Origin: a virus | Taxonomy: Duplodnaviria > Heunggongvirae > Uroviricota > Caudoviricetes | DNA: 48,195 nt | IMG/VR virus record: IMGVR_UViG_2519899780_000006 | Strand: one strand, 5' to 3' | In this document: positions 10,180 to 20,915 of the stretch, one piece after another | Position numbering within the stretch: the first letter of the stretch is position 1 | Layout: each line of letters starts with the position of its first letter | Position numbers and translations under genes: made by a program | The notes under the pieces: model-generated | What the model saw: the letters and a program-made list of their open reading frames with translations, nothing else | The model's database searches: none | Told to the model about the DNA's origin: nothing

Positions 10180-12788
10180 CCACCGCTCCCTGATAACATA
10201 CCGCCATCACGCAACTGCAGCCGGAGTTCATCCTGTGCCCCCTTGCGGGCCATCTCATACACCGCTTTCATCAGCTGCGGCCCTGCCCGCCCGTTGGGGC
10301 CGTCGTTCTGAATCACCACGTGATTGTTCTGATTAAAATTAATGCCTTCCGCCCGCCGCATCTGCGCCGGACTTCCGGCACCGCCGACATAACCACCTTC
10401 CGCATAGCCCCGCATCAGGCGGTACAGATTGCCGACACCAATCCGGCTGGTCGCCTCCTTCGTGAAGACAAACTCCCCGCGATGAACAATCCCCGCAGGT
10501 TCATATTTACCCCCCGTCCCCGTAAATCCCCCGGTCGCGAAATGGAAGTTCGCCGCCGCAGCCTGAATGGCTGTACCGCCTGACGCGGATGCGCCGCCAC
10601 CGAAAGCACCGCCAATGGCGCTGCCGATACTCCCGACTATCCCCACCATCGCCTGCTTCAGAAAAATCTCTGTCAGCATGGACAGCACAGAACGGGTGAA
10701 ACCACGCCAGTTCTGTTCGCTGCCGGTCAGCATCGCTGCCATATTCTGTGCAATACCGTCAAAGGTCTGCGTGGCCGCGTTTTTAACCTGCGAAAAACTG
10801 TCCGTCGCACTTTCCGCCCACTCGCCCCAGCCGGACTTCATCCCGGCCATCCAGCTTCCACGAAGCTGCTCCTCCGCAGACCAGGTGTTCTTCAGTGCAG
10901 ATGTGGCCTTCGCCAGCGCAGCCGGATTATCACCGTACACCTCACGAAGGCGCTGCTCTTCCGACTCCCGCTGCGCCTGACGGTCGGTGAGTCCGCGGGC
11001 TTTTGCGCTGATTGCCGCCTGCTTCGCGCTCTGCTGCTGTTCAAACCGCGCCGCCTGCTGTGCCAGCTCATTCAGCCGTTTCTGGTGTTCAATCTTGTCG
11101 CCCAGCTCAGCCAGCTGGCGTTTGTACTCCAGCGTTTCTTTCTCATGGGACAGCAGGGATTTTTCCTGCTCAGATAACTGCCGTTTCGTGGCAGCCTCTT
11201 TCAGGACCGCATACTGACTTTCCGCCTTCCATAAATCACGGCGCTGCCGGCTGATTTTCTCATTCGCACCGCTGTGTTTTTCCAGCGTCCTGAGCTCAGC
11301 TTCAAGGGCAAGCAGAGCCTCTCTTGCCTGCTCCTCTTCCCTCTCCCCGGCAGAGCGCGTTTTCGGTGATGTATGCTTTTTACCTGTCAGCTCTTCAGCC
11401 AGACGGCTGACGGCTTCCTGCTGCCCAGGACCTTTGCTGACGCCTGTTGCACGCGAGCGGTTGATGTACCCCATTTCCCCCTGGCGTATACGCGCATCCC
11501 GTTCCGCAATGGATTTTCTCAGCGCCAGTTCATCGCGTTTTGTTTTCTCAATAAATACGCGGTTCTCTTCTGCCAGTTCACCAAACAACGCACCAACGCC
11601 GGGCACATTCTTTGTCGTTTCCCAGGCTGACTGAATAAATTCAGCCAGCGCCAGATCCCCCTGCACAAGCAGCAGCTTCACCTGTTCAACGGTTCCGGCC
11701 ACCACGTCAGTGATCAGACTGAGTGCCCCCAGTGTATGATCACCTATCCATGCCCATGCGTCAGAAGTCCAGGTTTTAACATCGTCCCAGATTTTTTCCA
11801 CCGGCGTGGCCGCTTTATCAAGTTGCTCCAGACGTGCATTCATGACATCCGCAAACAGGGACATCGCCTCCGTCACCGCAGCCTGTTTACCTTTCGTGCG
11901 CTCAAGCTCATCAATATGGCGTAACTGGGAAACGCTCAGGAAGTTATACTGCTGATTCAGGGAGGCCAGCGCCTTCACCGGATCTGCTGCAATCCCTTCA
12001 AAGGCTTTTTCCACCTTCCAGGCATCGTCCCCCACCGTCTGCAGCCATCTCTGAGAGGTTTCCCCCATGATCCGTAGCTGCCCGGCGGTATATTTCCCGC
12101 TTTCTGCCAGACGGGCCAGATTTTCTGCCGCCTGTCTGATACCACCACCGGCTTCATCGCTGATCACCCCGGCCATTTTCCACAATTCTGCCGTTGTGGT
12201 GGCAGCCGCCCCTCCGGTCAGGATCAGTGAACGCAATAAGGCCCGGTCAGCCTGCTCTGCCTGCCAGGCGGCGGCAGCAAGCGCGGCCAGTACGGCAACC
12301 CCGCCACCTGCCGCCACACGGGCCACCGACATAAATCGTCCCAGCTCACCGGCATTCCGGGCATTTTCAGCCAGTGCATTTGCCGTATCTGACAGCGACT
12401 CCTCTGATGATTCAGAGGCATCCCTGATCCCGAGAAGTTCCTCCTTCAGCAGGGTAAGCAGGCTGAGCGGTCCACCGAATGAATCGCTGATCTGCCCCCC
12501 CTGCTGCAGCATGATAAGGAAGGGATTCTGACCACCGGCAAGCTGAGTGACAATATCCGTGAACTGTGCGGGCAGTGTGCGCATGGCAGCCTTATACTGT
12601 CCGACTGATATCCCGGCTTTTTGTGCAGCCAGCGCCTGTCGGCTCAGCCCCTGTTCAACAGTACTGGCGGTTTTTCTGGCATCCGCCTCCAGACTGGAAA
12701 AATGACGGCGTACCCGGGCCATCTGTTCATCAAACCGGGCCGCATCCAGACTCAAATCAATAACCAGATCACCCGCTGGCTGGGACAT
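10176..12788 (-). CDS. H: Tail tape measure protein H
   Basis: 870 aa, coiled-coil-rich middle and Gly-rich C-terminus; downstream of G/T. Confidence 0.9.
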   Translation of the reverse strand: MSQPAGDLVIDLSLDAARFDEQMARVRRHFSSLEADARKTASTVEQGLSRQALAAQKAGISVGQYKAAMRTLPAQFTDIVTQLAGGQNPFLIMLQQGGQISDSFGGPLSLLTLLKEELLGIRDASESSEESLSDTANALAENARNAGELGRFMSVARVAAGGGVAVLAALAAAAWQAEQADRALLRSLILTGGAAATTTAELWKMAGVISDEAGGGIRQAAENLARLAESGKYTAGQLRIMGETSQRWLQTVGDDAWKVEKAFEGIAADPVKALASLNQQYNFLSVSQLRHIDELERTKGKQAAVTEAMSLFADVMNARLEQLDKAATPVEKIWDDVKTWTSDAWAWIGDHTLGALSLITDVVAGTVEQVKLLLVQGDLALAEFIQSAWETTKNVPGVGALFGELAEENRVFIEKTKRDELALRKSIAERDARIRQGEMGYINRSRATGVSKGPGQQEAVSRLAEELTGKKHTSPKTRSAGEREEEQAREALLALEAELRTLEKHSGANEKISRQRRDLWKAESQYAVLKEAATKRQLSEQEKSLLSHEKETLEYKRQLAELGDKIEHQKRLNELAQQAARFEQQQSAKQAAISAKARGLTDRQAQRESEEQRLREVYGDNPAALAKATSALKNTWSAEEQLRGSWMAGMKSGWGEWAESATDSFSQVKNAATQTFDGIAQNMAAMLTGSEQNWRGFTRSVLSMLTEIFLKQAMVGIVGSIGSAIGGAFGGGASASGGTAIQAAAANFHFATGGFTGTGGKYEPAGIVHRGEFVFTKEATSRIGVGNLYRLMRGYAEGGYVGGAGSPAQMRRAEGINFNQNNHVVIQNDGPNGRAGPQLMKAVYEMARKGAQDELRLQLRDGGMLSGSGG

Positions 12789-13631
12789 ATCTCACACCTC
12801 CGGAAATCCCCGCTGAAGCCATCATTAATGCAACATCATCCTCGCTGACATCCACCACATCCGCAGAAGGTGAAATATCGCGCCCTCCGTCCCCTCCGAA
12901 CCGGACGCCTCCGGCAACTCCTGTCGCTTTCTGCATCAGCATTTCTTCCTCGTCCGGCATCTCCGTCTGCTCTTCCTCACACGCTGGAGCAAGCAGACTG
13001 AAATCCGCCGGATGCATATCCGGATCGCCAAAAAACAGGCTGAGTACGGCGTACATCAGCCCGGAAAAATGAGCGTCCAGTTGGGTATCCTGAAAATAAT
13101 GCGTGCAGTAAAAACGTCGCCAGTCGGCATATTCGGTGGATGTCATCCCGGCAAGCATGGCGCGCCAGTCGGGTCTCCCCATCTCTCGCGCCAGTTTCAG
13201 GACAAAGTTCAGCTCGCCTTCGAATGCTTTTTTGATGTTACCGGCTCAGTCGCTTCTGCTTTCCCGGTTTGTTCAGGATCGGCATCGTGCCGGTTATCCA
13301 GCATACCTGAAAGATAAAGCACCCGGTTCGTTGCCTGATTCAGTGCATCAGCAGGCCATCCCAGCATCACTTCACGGCGGATCTGCTGCATCTCTGTCTC
13401 CGGAGAGGCCAGAGTGCCTTTGAGGGAATGGGTATGCCATAGCGACATCGCCACAAGCAGGGATGCCGTTTCCAGATATCGCTGGTTAATGTGCACGACA
13501 TCATGCTTCGTTGTCTCCTGTTGTTCTGCGTCTGAAACAAACTTTATATAATCAAACCGCTGCAGCGCAGACAGCTCAGAAAGCGTGACAGACACACCGT
13601 TATATTCAAATTGTTCTGTTTTCAGAAACAT
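12769..13631 (-). CDS. Tail assembly chaperone G-T fusion (programmed -1 frameshift)
   Basis: The T frame (ORF 12769..13182) is -1 relative to G and is open from 13245 downward. Slippery heptamer A AAA AAG at 13227-13233 lies in the G frame (TCA AAA AAG = S K K). Confidence 0.6.
13209..13631 (-). CDS. G: Tail assembly chaperone G
   Basis: 140 aa, same length as lambda gpG; between V and T/H. Confidence 0.8.
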   Translation of the reverse strand: MFLKTEQFEYNGVSVTLSELSALQRFDYIKFVSDAEQQETTKHDVVHINQRYLETASLLVAMSLWHTHSLKGTLASPETEMQQIRREVMLGWPADALNQATNRVLYLSGMLDNRHDADPEQTGKAEATEPVTSKKHSKAS

Positions 13632-13644
13632 GTATTACCTCCGT

Positions 13645-14397
13645 TTACCCTGCAGCGCCCGCTTCAGTAACGGTGACTTCAGCCACTGCGGCGAACTGAC
13701 CATTTCCGCTCACCACAGGGATCTGCACCTTACCTGTCGCCACGCCGTTTACCGTAATTGTCATATCTTTCACACTAATGGTGGCTTTCGACGGATCGGC
13801 GGAAACCGCTCTGAACGTCTTGTCGGTTGCACTTTCCGGCTCAAAAGAAACCGTCAGGGTGGTTGTTTTCCCTTTTGCCACCGTACCGGATGTCGGCGTC
13901 ACCTTAATCGCACTGACCGGCGTAATTTTGCTGCGTTCTTCCGCTACAGAAGGTTTACCCACGTTAGTGACTTTCACCGTGCGGGTGATCACTTCTTTCG
14001 CCGTCACGGCCTTACCGATACTGCTGACCCAGCCACGAAACACATCCACCGTGCCATTCGGAAAACGGATTTTATAGGCCCGGACATCGCCGCTTTCAAA
14101 CCAGCCTATAAGCCCTTTCTGGCCTTCCTCTCCCGGTTTCCAGGCCAGCGTAAAACTGGTATCACCTGCAGATTTCTGCCCCTGCCCGGTCGCGGTCCAG
14201 TCCGCGTCTTCATCATCCAGGTAGTTATCATCGTAGGATTCTGCCGTCATCTCGCCCGGCGTCAGATCCTTCACCTTAGCCAGTCGCTGCCAGTCATCGT
14301 CTGACAACGGGTTTGCATAAGCATCAGCCTTGCCGTTGTAAACCCACAGAGTGGTACCGGCACCTTTTACCGGCTCCAGGGGATTTGGTGTTGCCAT
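13645..14397 (-). CDS. V: Major tail protein V
   Basis: 250 aa; C-terminal Ig-like segment ([20 protein letters not shown]). Confidence 0.9.
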   Translation of the reverse strand: MATPNPLEPVKGAGTTLWVYNGKADAYANPLSDDDWQRLAKVKDLTPGEMTAESYDDNYLDDEDADWTATGQGQKSAGDTSFTLAWKPGEEGQKGLIGWFESGDVRAYKIRFPNGTVDVFRGWVSSIGKAVTAKEVITRTVKVTNVGKPSVAEERSKITPVSAIKVTPTSGTVAKGKTTTLTVSFEPESATDKTFRAVSADPSKATISVKDMTITVNGVATGKVQIPVVSGNGQFAAVAEVTVTEAGAAG

Positions 14398-14404
14398 ATC
14401 GTCC

Positions 14405-14800
14405 TCACATCTCGTATGTAATGGAATAAGTCAGATCCGCAGAGCTCCATAACGCCATATCGTCATCACGACGATACTCATAGCCCTGCGTAACCATCGT
14501 GGTAATCAGTCCTGCCAGTGCAGGGATCGCAGTCATCGCCGGATAAATCCGGCTTTCCATCCACTGATCGAGCTCCGAATCAGGTACCTGTGCCGGTAAA
14601 AACACCTCAATATGCAGTGTGGCCCGCCAGGTATCTGCATCCAGCTCTTCACCGGTATACTCTGCATCCGTCAGATAAACCGCGATCGCAGGAAAATCCT
14701 CTTCGTCAAAAACAACGGGGCGACCATCAAACAGCGTCGCCCCGTGTTCATGCTGCTCGAGTGCATCCAGCACTGCGGCACGAATGTCAGTGTGTTTCAT
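14405..14800 (-). CDS. U: Tail terminator protein U
   Basis: 131 aa, lambda gpU length and position. Confidence 0.85.
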   Translation of the reverse strand: MKHTDIRAAVLDALEQHEHGATLFDGRPVVFDEEDFPAIAVYLTDAEYTGEELDADTWRATLHIEVFLPAQVPDSELDQWMESRIYPAMTAIPALAGLITTMVTQGYEYRRDDDMALWSSADLTYSITYEM

Positions 14801-15372
14801 CGTTTTATCGCAATCCTCAGTTGTTGTTTCAGCGCGTATGCCAGTTCTTTAGGCAGGCGTTCACGCCGGATACGGTCAACATTCTCATCAAATGCCTGTT
14901 TCAGTGGGGCCGCCATCGGGATTTTCACCACCTGAATGGGAAGGCGATTACGCTTTTTCCTTCCCTTGTCGTCATTGCCCTCCTCATATCTGGCCTGGGG
15001 AAGACGTTGCATGACATGCCAGCGACCATTTTTTAATCGCTGAATAAATGCCCGCTGATACCGATGCTGACCGGCTTTAAGTATGCTGTTCGGGCGACGC
15101 CCCAGCATCCTGATCCCCAGCTTAATCACAGGGAGATCACCGCGGTTAACGATAATTTTGGCATTCGGATTTCTGACCGTCGCCCGTTTCAGTCTGGACC
15201 GTTCCTTAACCAGTTTCCGTCTCACCCTGGTTTCCCGGGCAACCTGTGACGAAGACTGATTAATCGCCGTTGTGGCCACGCGGTTAATCGTCATTGCTGA
15301 AGCCGCCGGAATGGCGTTTTTACGAACCCGGCTCAGATTATCAATCGCCTGATCAAGCCCTTTTATCGCCAT
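14797..15372 (-). CDS. Z: Tail completion protein Z
   Basis: 191 aa, basic, lambda gpZ length and position. Confidence 0.8.
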   Translation of the reverse strand: MAIKGLDQAIDNLSRVRKNAIPAASAMTINRVATTAINQSSSQVARETRVRRKLVKERSRLKRATVRNPNAKIIVNRGDLPVIKLGIRMLGRRPNSILKAGQHRYQRAFIQRLKNGRWHVMQRLPQARYEEGNDDKGRKKRNRLPIQVVKIPMAAPLKQAFDENVDRIRRERLPKELAYALKQQLRIAIKR

Positions 15373-15387
15373 AATTTCACCCTGCGT

Positions 15388-15741
15388 TTATCGTCGCCGG
15401 TTAACAGCGGGTGGTTGCCCACGGTTGAGCCAGAGATAACAGCTTCCCCCGTCATCCGGAGAAACACGATCCACCCAGAACATCTCGCCGTTAATGGTCA
15501 GCGTGTCACCACGCCGCACAGCCCGAACCGTATCCGTCCGCACAAATAATGACGGGCTGCTTCCTTCAATACGGACCCCGCCACCGGCAAAACCCAGCGA
15601 CTCCGGATCGTCAAAAACCCCCTGAACTTCGCCACCACGCTGTGCCCCCGAGGTGAACTGCGCACAGAGTCCCATCACTTCAACAATCGTGCTGTCCACC
15701 CCGGCGAGGGCAGCATCGAAGGCATTCTGAAAATCACGCAT
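15388..15741 (-). CDS. FII: Head-tail joining protein FII
   Basis: Start taken at MRDFQNAFD (ATG 15739-15741), giving 117 aa; C-terminus WVDRVSPDDGGSCYLWL matches lambda FII as recalled. Confidence 0.85.
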   Translation of the reverse strand: MRDFQNAFDAALAGVDSTIVEVMGLCAQFTSGAQRGGEVQGVFDDPESLGFAGGGVRIEGSSPSLFVRTDTVRAVRRGDTLTINGEMFWVDRVSPDDGGSCYLWLNRGQPPAVNRRR

Positions 15742-16102
15742 AAACGGCCATTCCACTCTTGACCATGTCTTTTGCCACTGAGGGGGGCATCAGAATTACT
15801 CTGCCAGCATCAACATGCTCAACAGGCTCACCTGTTTCATCGTCAACACCGCACAGGTAAAAACACTTCAGAAGCATGATACGTTCCAGAATACCGAAAG
15901 CATCCTCACCGGTGTTCCTGTATGCCTGCTCATAAACGGTATCATCAACATCTGCGATTTCATTTTCCGATGCGCAAACCTCCTCTTCCCACTCTGCCAC
16001 ACGCTGTGCGATATCCGCTGCACTCCCCGACATATCCGCCTCGCGCCCCAGCAGGCCAGCCAGTTCACGAAGACGTTTCTGATTTTCTTCTTTTGTTGCC
16101 AT
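15734..16102 (-). CDS. FI: DNA-packaging accessory protein FI
   Basis: 122 aa acidic protein between E and FII, lambda FI-like architecture. Confidence 0.7.
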   Translation of the reverse strand: MATKEENQKRLRELAGLLGREADMSGSAADIAQRVAEWEEEVCASENEIADVDDTVYEQAYRNTGEDAFGILERIMLLKCFYLCGVDDETGEPVEHVDAGRVILMPPSVAKDMVKSGMAVYA

Positions 16103-16154
16103 ATCCAGCCCCCTGTGAAAAAAGACACGGGGGCATTTCGCCCCCGCTCACGGA

Positions 16155-17183
16155 TTATTTCACCTGTACCACCACAAACTCATCCGGATCCGGCAGCACC
16201 ATCAGCGGAGCGGACTGCGTCATGGTGAATTCACGGGCCGGATCGCCCACGGTCATCCAGTGTTTCGGATAACGGGAAGAGGCCACCACACCTTCGGACA
16301 ACGCCTGCGCATCCTGAATGGCACCATAGCAACGAATGCCCTCAGCAGCCGTATTTCCCAGGACCAGCGTGCCCTCCGGCAGATAACGTTTTTCGGTACC
16401 GTCCTCTGCCACATAAGATGTTTTCGCCACCACAATAGCCAGATCACCGTAATACCCCTTGAAGGACACCACCGACCCCAGGTCTTTCACTGCCGTTTCG
16501 AGTTGTGAATTTGAGCCGCGACGAGTATCCAGTTTTTCGCGGAACAGCTTAAAGCCATTCAGCAGACGCCAGACGGTACCGTCCATGATGGCAATATTCA
16601 CAAGACCGCTGGCCTGATCACAGAAAAGGTCGATATCATATGTCGGGTCGAACGTGTCACGGTCCTGTTTTGACCACTCCTTACCGCTACCCTGTATGAT
16701 GTTATTCTTCGTCGATCTGCCAAAATCAACCTCAATTTTCTCGAACTGGTCTCCTTCCATGGTGTATTTGCCATACAGCACGGCATTCACCGCCTGCATT
16801 TCTTCCACCTGGACAATGGCGTGCTCTTCCTGTTTGAGGTTATCGGTGATGATACGCAGACGACGGTAGGTCGGGTCGTTCAGCTGCGCCGGATCTTCAC
16901 CGGGAAGGCGCTCCACCGCCTGCTGGTAATTAAATTCGTGTTTCGGCTTGACGTAGCCCGGACGTAACACGCGGGTTTCACCACCACGATGACGCAGCAC
17001 TTTTCCTTCAACAACCGGGGAGACATAGGCTGCCACCGGCGTTTTTCCGGTAATTTTGTCCAGCATCACCTCTTCGGTGTGGAAATTCACCGTACGGCGG
17101 AAAAACAGTTCCAGAAACAGCGCACGAAATTTCACTTTTTGTTCGGTATAACCGAGTAACTGGCGGGTCGTAAACAATCCCAT
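16155..17183 (-). CDS. E: Major capsid protein E
   Basis: 342 aa, lambda gpE length; follows D. Confidence 0.9.
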   Translation of the reverse strand: MGLFTTRQLLGYTEQKVKFRALFLELFFRRTVNFHTEEVMLDKITGKTPVAAYVSPVVEGKVLRHRGGETRVLRPGYVKPKHEFNYQQAVERLPGEDPAQLNDPTYRRLRIITDNLKQEEHAIVQVEEMQAVNAVLYGKYTMEGDQFEKIEVDFGRSTKNNIIQGSGKEWSKQDRDTFDPTYDIDLFCDQASGLVNIAIMDGTVWRLLNGFKLFREKLDTRRGSNSQLETAVKDLGSVVSFKGYYGDLAIVVAKTSYVAEDGTEKRYLPEGTLVLGNTAAEGIRCYGAIQDAQALSEGVVASSRYPKHWMTVGDPAREFTMTQSAPLMVLPDPDEFVVVQVK

Positions 17184-17240
17184 AAATCAGTTCCTTTCAT
17201 TCAGAAATCAGTCAGGCCAACGCGGTGGCCTGATAACGTG

Positions 17241-17588
17241 TTACGGCAGCGCCTCGTGACTCAGGGCTGTGCCGACAAAGGCGTTGGCCTTTTTGTGTTC
17301 ATCCACACTTTCAGGCCAGCGGATTGCCTCCGTCGCAAAGGTCCCCGACTTGTAATACGTCAGCACCGTCTCTGTGCCTTCAAGCGGCAGTACCAGTATG
17401 CCAGCCGCACTACCGGCTTTCTGTCCGTCCCAGACCACCAGTTTCCCGCTGGCTTCATCCAGCATCAGGGGCGTCAGTGCCGGTGTTGCCTGAGAAATCC
17501 CGCTGCTGCCTGTGGCGGTATGAGCCGGATCATTACCGGCAAAAATACGTACTTCTGCACGTTGTTCAGTGATGGTTTTCGTTACCAT
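17241..17588 (-). CDS. D: Head decoration protein D
   Basis: 115 aa, lambda gpD-like; between C and E. Confidence 0.85.
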   Translation of the reverse strand: MVTKTITEQRAEVRIFAGNDPAHTATGSSGISQATPALTPLMLDEASGKLVVWDGQKAGSAAGILVLPLEGTETVLTYYKSGTFATEAIRWPESVDEHKKANAFVGTALSHEALP

Positions 17589-17624
17589 ATTGTAAAAACC
17601 TCATATTGATGGTCAGCACTGACT

Positions 17625-19130
17625 TCATGGCATGGCCATGAGCATTTTCACGTCCGCATCACCGTCTGCTGACGTCTGTGACACGCCACCCCGCACCGCT
17701 GCCGGTGAATGATTCGCCATGAAATGTTCAAACAGGGCAGTTGTGGATGCAGAGACCGGTTCTGCTTTATCCGGCGATGAGGACAGAATGTCGCGGGCAG
17801 CCTCCACCGTCATTCCGGGAAACGCCGCCAGTTTTTCAGCCTGCGCCTCAGCCCCTTTTGCCTCATCCAGAGCCATAATCTGATCACGGAGTGAGGGTCC
17901 GGCATCCGCCTGCGGTGAAGCCGCCAGGATCGGGCGGGCTTTTTCCACCGTCATCTCCGGCATCGCCGCCAGCGTTGCCGCCAGTTGTTCACGACCTTTA
18001 GCCTCTTCACACGCCATAATGCGATCGGCTTCACTCTGCGTGGATGCCACCGGCTGCTGTGGTGCTGCCGCGGTCAGAATCGCCCGGGCCTGTTCAACGC
18101 TCATGCCCTGTTGTCCTGCCAGCATCGTGGCAAGGTGTTCACGTCCTTTCGCTTCCTGACACGTCAGGATCCCCATCACTCGCTGGTTCTCCTGCGCGGC
18201 AGCTTCCGTTGCAGTTAATTGCGGCATAGTGCCTCCTGTATCATGTGTGTTCAGCGCCGCAGCCATCACGCTGATGGCATCCGACGCATTGATTAATTCA
18301 TCCGCCAGCCCGGCCTCAATGCCGGACTGACCTTCAAAAACGGCGGCCTCTGTTCCCGTGACTGCATCAACAGACAGACCGGTATACATCGCCACTTTTT
18401 CGGCAAACATCCGGCGCGCCGCATCAATCCGCTGCTGCATGTCCTGGCGAACCTCTTCCGGCAACGCTTCAAACTGATTGCCATCCACCTTGTGCGCCCC
18501 TGAGTAAATCAGCGTGATATCCACACCGGCCTGCGCCAGATGACCGGCATAGCTGACATGGCTCATCATCACGCCAATGGAGCCGATACGGGATGTCTGG
18601 GTAACCAGCCGTCGGGAGCAGGCCGACGCCAGCAGCATGGCTGCAGAACAGGCCGTGTCATTGCACAGTGCCCAGACCGGCTTCTGCTGACGGAGGCGGT
18701 AAATCATGTCAGCACAGTCAAACGCACCGGCGGCCTGCCCGCCCGGACTGTCAATGTCCAGCAGTACGCCCCGCACCTGGCTATCCGCCATTGCCTGCTG
18801 AAGACAGGCGACAATGCCGTCATAGCCTGTCATTCCGGAAAATGGCCGCATACCCCCCAGCCGGTGCACCAGCGTGCCTGTCACCGGCAGTACAGCAATA
18901 CCGTTCACCACCCGGTAAACACGGGCCGGTCGTTTACCTCCGGCCATGTACTCGTCCGTTTCAGCCAGCATTCCGGGTGCATCAAGCTGTACCTGCTGTT
19001 GTGGTACCGAAAGACTTGCTGCCCCCATCTCGCGCCCGAGCGCGCAAAAGAAAACCCGCGCATAGGCGGGCTCCAGAAGCAGCGGTTCATTGAATGCTGC
19101 TGCAATAATGTGTGAAAGATTACGTCTCAC
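17625..19130 (-). CDS. C: Prohead protease C (S49/ClpP-like) with nested Nu3-like scaffold region
   Basis: 501 aa; N-terminal S49-peptidase-like region; C-terminal Ala-rich region with three tandem repeats of about 47-50 aa. Confidence 0.85.
   Translation of the reverse strand: MRRNLSHIIAAAFNEPLLLEPAYARVFFCALGREMGAASLSVPQQQVQLDAPGMLAETDEYMAGGKRPARVYRVVNGIAVLPVTGTLVHRLGGMRPFSGMTGYDGIVACLQQAMADSQVRGVLLDIDSPGGQAAGAFDCADMIYRLRQQKPVWALCNDTACSAAMLLASACSRRLVTQTSRIGSIGVMMSHVSYAGHLAQAGVDITLIYSGAHKVDGNQFEALPEEVRQDMQQRIDAARRMFAEKVAMYTGLSVDAVTGTEAAVFEGQSGIEAGLADELINASDAISVMAAALNTHDTGGTMPQLTATEAAAQENQRVMGILTCQEAKGREHLATMLAGQQGMSVEQARAILTAAAPQQPVASTQSEADRIMACEEAKGREQLAATLAAMPEMTVEKARPILAASPQADAGPSLRDQIMALDEAKGAEAQAEKLAAFPGMTVEAARDILSSSPDKAEPVSASTTALFEHFMANHSPAAVRGGVSQTSADGDADVKMLMAMP
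17760..18230 (-). repeat. Three tandem in-frame repeats of about 140-150 bp in the scaffold part of C
   Basis: Protein repeats IMxxxEAKGxExLAxxLAxxPxMTVExARxIL three times; DNA units begin near 17858, 17997 and 18147. Confidence 0.5.
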
Positions 19131-20712
19131 GTGGTGTTGTCTCCTCTTCCGGCCTGCGACTCTCCGCTATCTGCTGCTGATACGCCTGCGCTATCCACAC
19201 CGGACGTGAGAGTCCGGCTTTTTCCCGCTCTGCAGATTCCCTGACCTGCTGGCGGAAAATGTCCTGATAATCCTCGCCCATCAGCGCCAGCTCTTTCTCA
19301 TACGTGCTCAGTCCGGAATCAATACGCATCACCGATTCCTGAACCTCCTTGAGCCCGTCAATGGCCATTCTTCCGGCACCAATCCACTCAGCCCGTGACC
19401 AGGCTGAACGCGCCTGATAAAAATCAAAACGTGCCCGTGGCGGACGAATAATCCCCCGAAGAAGTGCCTCTTCCAGCCAGCAGGAAAACATCTGCGTGGC
19501 CAGCCGGGACGCAATAAATTTTCGCCGCCCCATAAAATAGCGCCACGACTCATTGGCGGAGGCGCGGGCACTTGAATAACTGACCTTCGAGTAATCACGG
19601 GACAACTGTTCGTAGGAAACGCCAAGACCGGCGGCGATATACCGCAGCAGCGCCTGTTCAAGCGCCGAAAATCCATTGTCTGAATCCTGCGCGGTCTGAA
19701 GTTTCAGATCATCACCGGGGAAAAGGTGCGGAATTTTGACACCGCCCAGCGTCACGCTATTCGTGTCATACCAGGTGGAGAACTTATCCAGAATATTAAT
19801 AAGCGGATTATCCTTCTGCCCCTGCGGCGCACCGGCGATATATTCAAAGGCCTTTTCGGTATCAAGGTCACTTTCAATCGTCGCTGCATACATCGCCTTC
19901 ACTATGGCCGACTGAAGCTGTGTTGCCTGCAGGGAATCCAGCATCTTCAGCCGTTCCATAACGCTGTAAAACTGATTGGCTCCACGGGTCTGCCCGTCCT
20001 CCACCGGCTCGAAAATATGCAGCATGGCCGGACGCCCGGTGGGAAGTTCACGCGGGATCCGTTCCCATCGTCCACTCCCGGAGCGAGGAAAATCATCCTC
20101 ACAGATATGGTACGCAACGGCACGGCCATATCGATCAACCTCCACACCGGCCCGCAGAAAACGGTTCCCGATACCGTGTCCTGGCGTGTCCACCCGTTTC
20201 GGACTCACGGCTTTAAAACGCGTACGAAACAGTTGCGTGCTCTCCGTATCCCAGACCGGCTGCACAAAGATTTCGCCGTTAAACGCATGAACGCCCACAC
20301 CTTCACGGATAAATTCCGTAAACGTGCGTTTCCCTTCCACGTCGATCTCACCAAACATCCCTTCTGCGTATTCTGACCAGGCCGCCTCCACCTCATCGAC
20401 AAAACTTTTTGCCGCGGTCTCCCGCATCCCCAGCCAGCGCCAGTTCGGACGGTAGCTAATCAGAAACATATGCCCGACAATGTGATCCTTATGCAGGGCC
20501 ACCGCATTGGCCGCTATTCCGTTATTGCGCACCAGATCATCTGCCCGGGCATTCCCCAGACGCAACGCGGGCAGCAGGGCCGCATCGGCACTCTGCGCCG
20601 GTGGCAACCACTCAGCCATTTGCCCGCCAAATCCTGCACCGCCCCCGTTGTAGCTGAGACTATCACGAAGCGGAACGCCGTTCACATCAATCAGGACAGG
20701 CGTTCGTTTCAT
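19120..20712 (-). CDS. B: Portal protein B
   Basis: 530 aa, lambda gpB length; between W and C. Confidence 0.9.
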   Translation of the reverse strand: MKRTPVLIDVNGVPLRDSLSYNGGGAGFGGQMAEWLPPAQSADAALLPALRLGNARADDLVRNNGIAANAVALHKDHIVGHMFLISYRPNWRWLGMRETAAKSFVDEVEAAWSEYAEGMFGEIDVEGKRTFTEFIREGVGVHAFNGEIFVQPVWDTESTQLFRTRFKAVSPKRVDTPGHGIGNRFLRAGVEVDRYGRAVAYHICEDDFPRSGSGRWERIPRELPTGRPAMLHIFEPVEDGQTRGANQFYSVMERLKMLDSLQATQLQSAIVKAMYAATIESDLDTEKAFEYIAGAPQGQKDNPLINILDKFSTWYDTNSVTLGGVKIPHLFPGDDLKLQTAQDSDNGFSALEQALLRYIAAGLGVSYEQLSRDYSKVSYSSARASANESWRYFMGRRKFIASRLATQMFSCWLEEALLRGIIRPPRARFDFYQARSAWSRAEWIGAGRMAIDGLKEVQESVMRIDSGLSTYEKELALMGEDYQDIFRQQVRESAEREKAGLSRPVWIAQAYQQQIAESRRPEEETTPRET

Positions 20713-20915
20713 AACCTCACTCCCAGCGGACGACGGCGACGCCGGGTTGTCCCCAGTACCGACTCCGCATCATTGATCGCCCGGTTAAGCTCATCCAGAG
20801 AAGCCGCCGTATATTCAATTCTGCGACCATCTTTCTGGACAGACACCACCCGTTTACCGGTTAATAAATCAAGGCGCGCCTGACGCAGCGCCTGCAGTTC
20901 AGCGACTGTAACCAT
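20709..20915 (-). CDS. W: Head-tail connector protein W
   Basis: 68 aa, exactly lambda gpW length; between A and B. Confidence 0.8.
   Translation of the reverse strand: MVTVAELQALRQARLDLLTGKRVVSVQKDGRRIEYTAASLDELNRAINDAESVLGTTRRRRRPLGVRL

Noticed and set aside
13259-13265. GGGAAAG heptamer near the end of G, the canonical lambda G-T slippery sequence
   Set aside because: In this sequence it is read as GGG AAA in the G frame, and the -1 frame from there hits a TGA at 13246-13248. The functional site is more likely A AAA AAG at 13227-13233.
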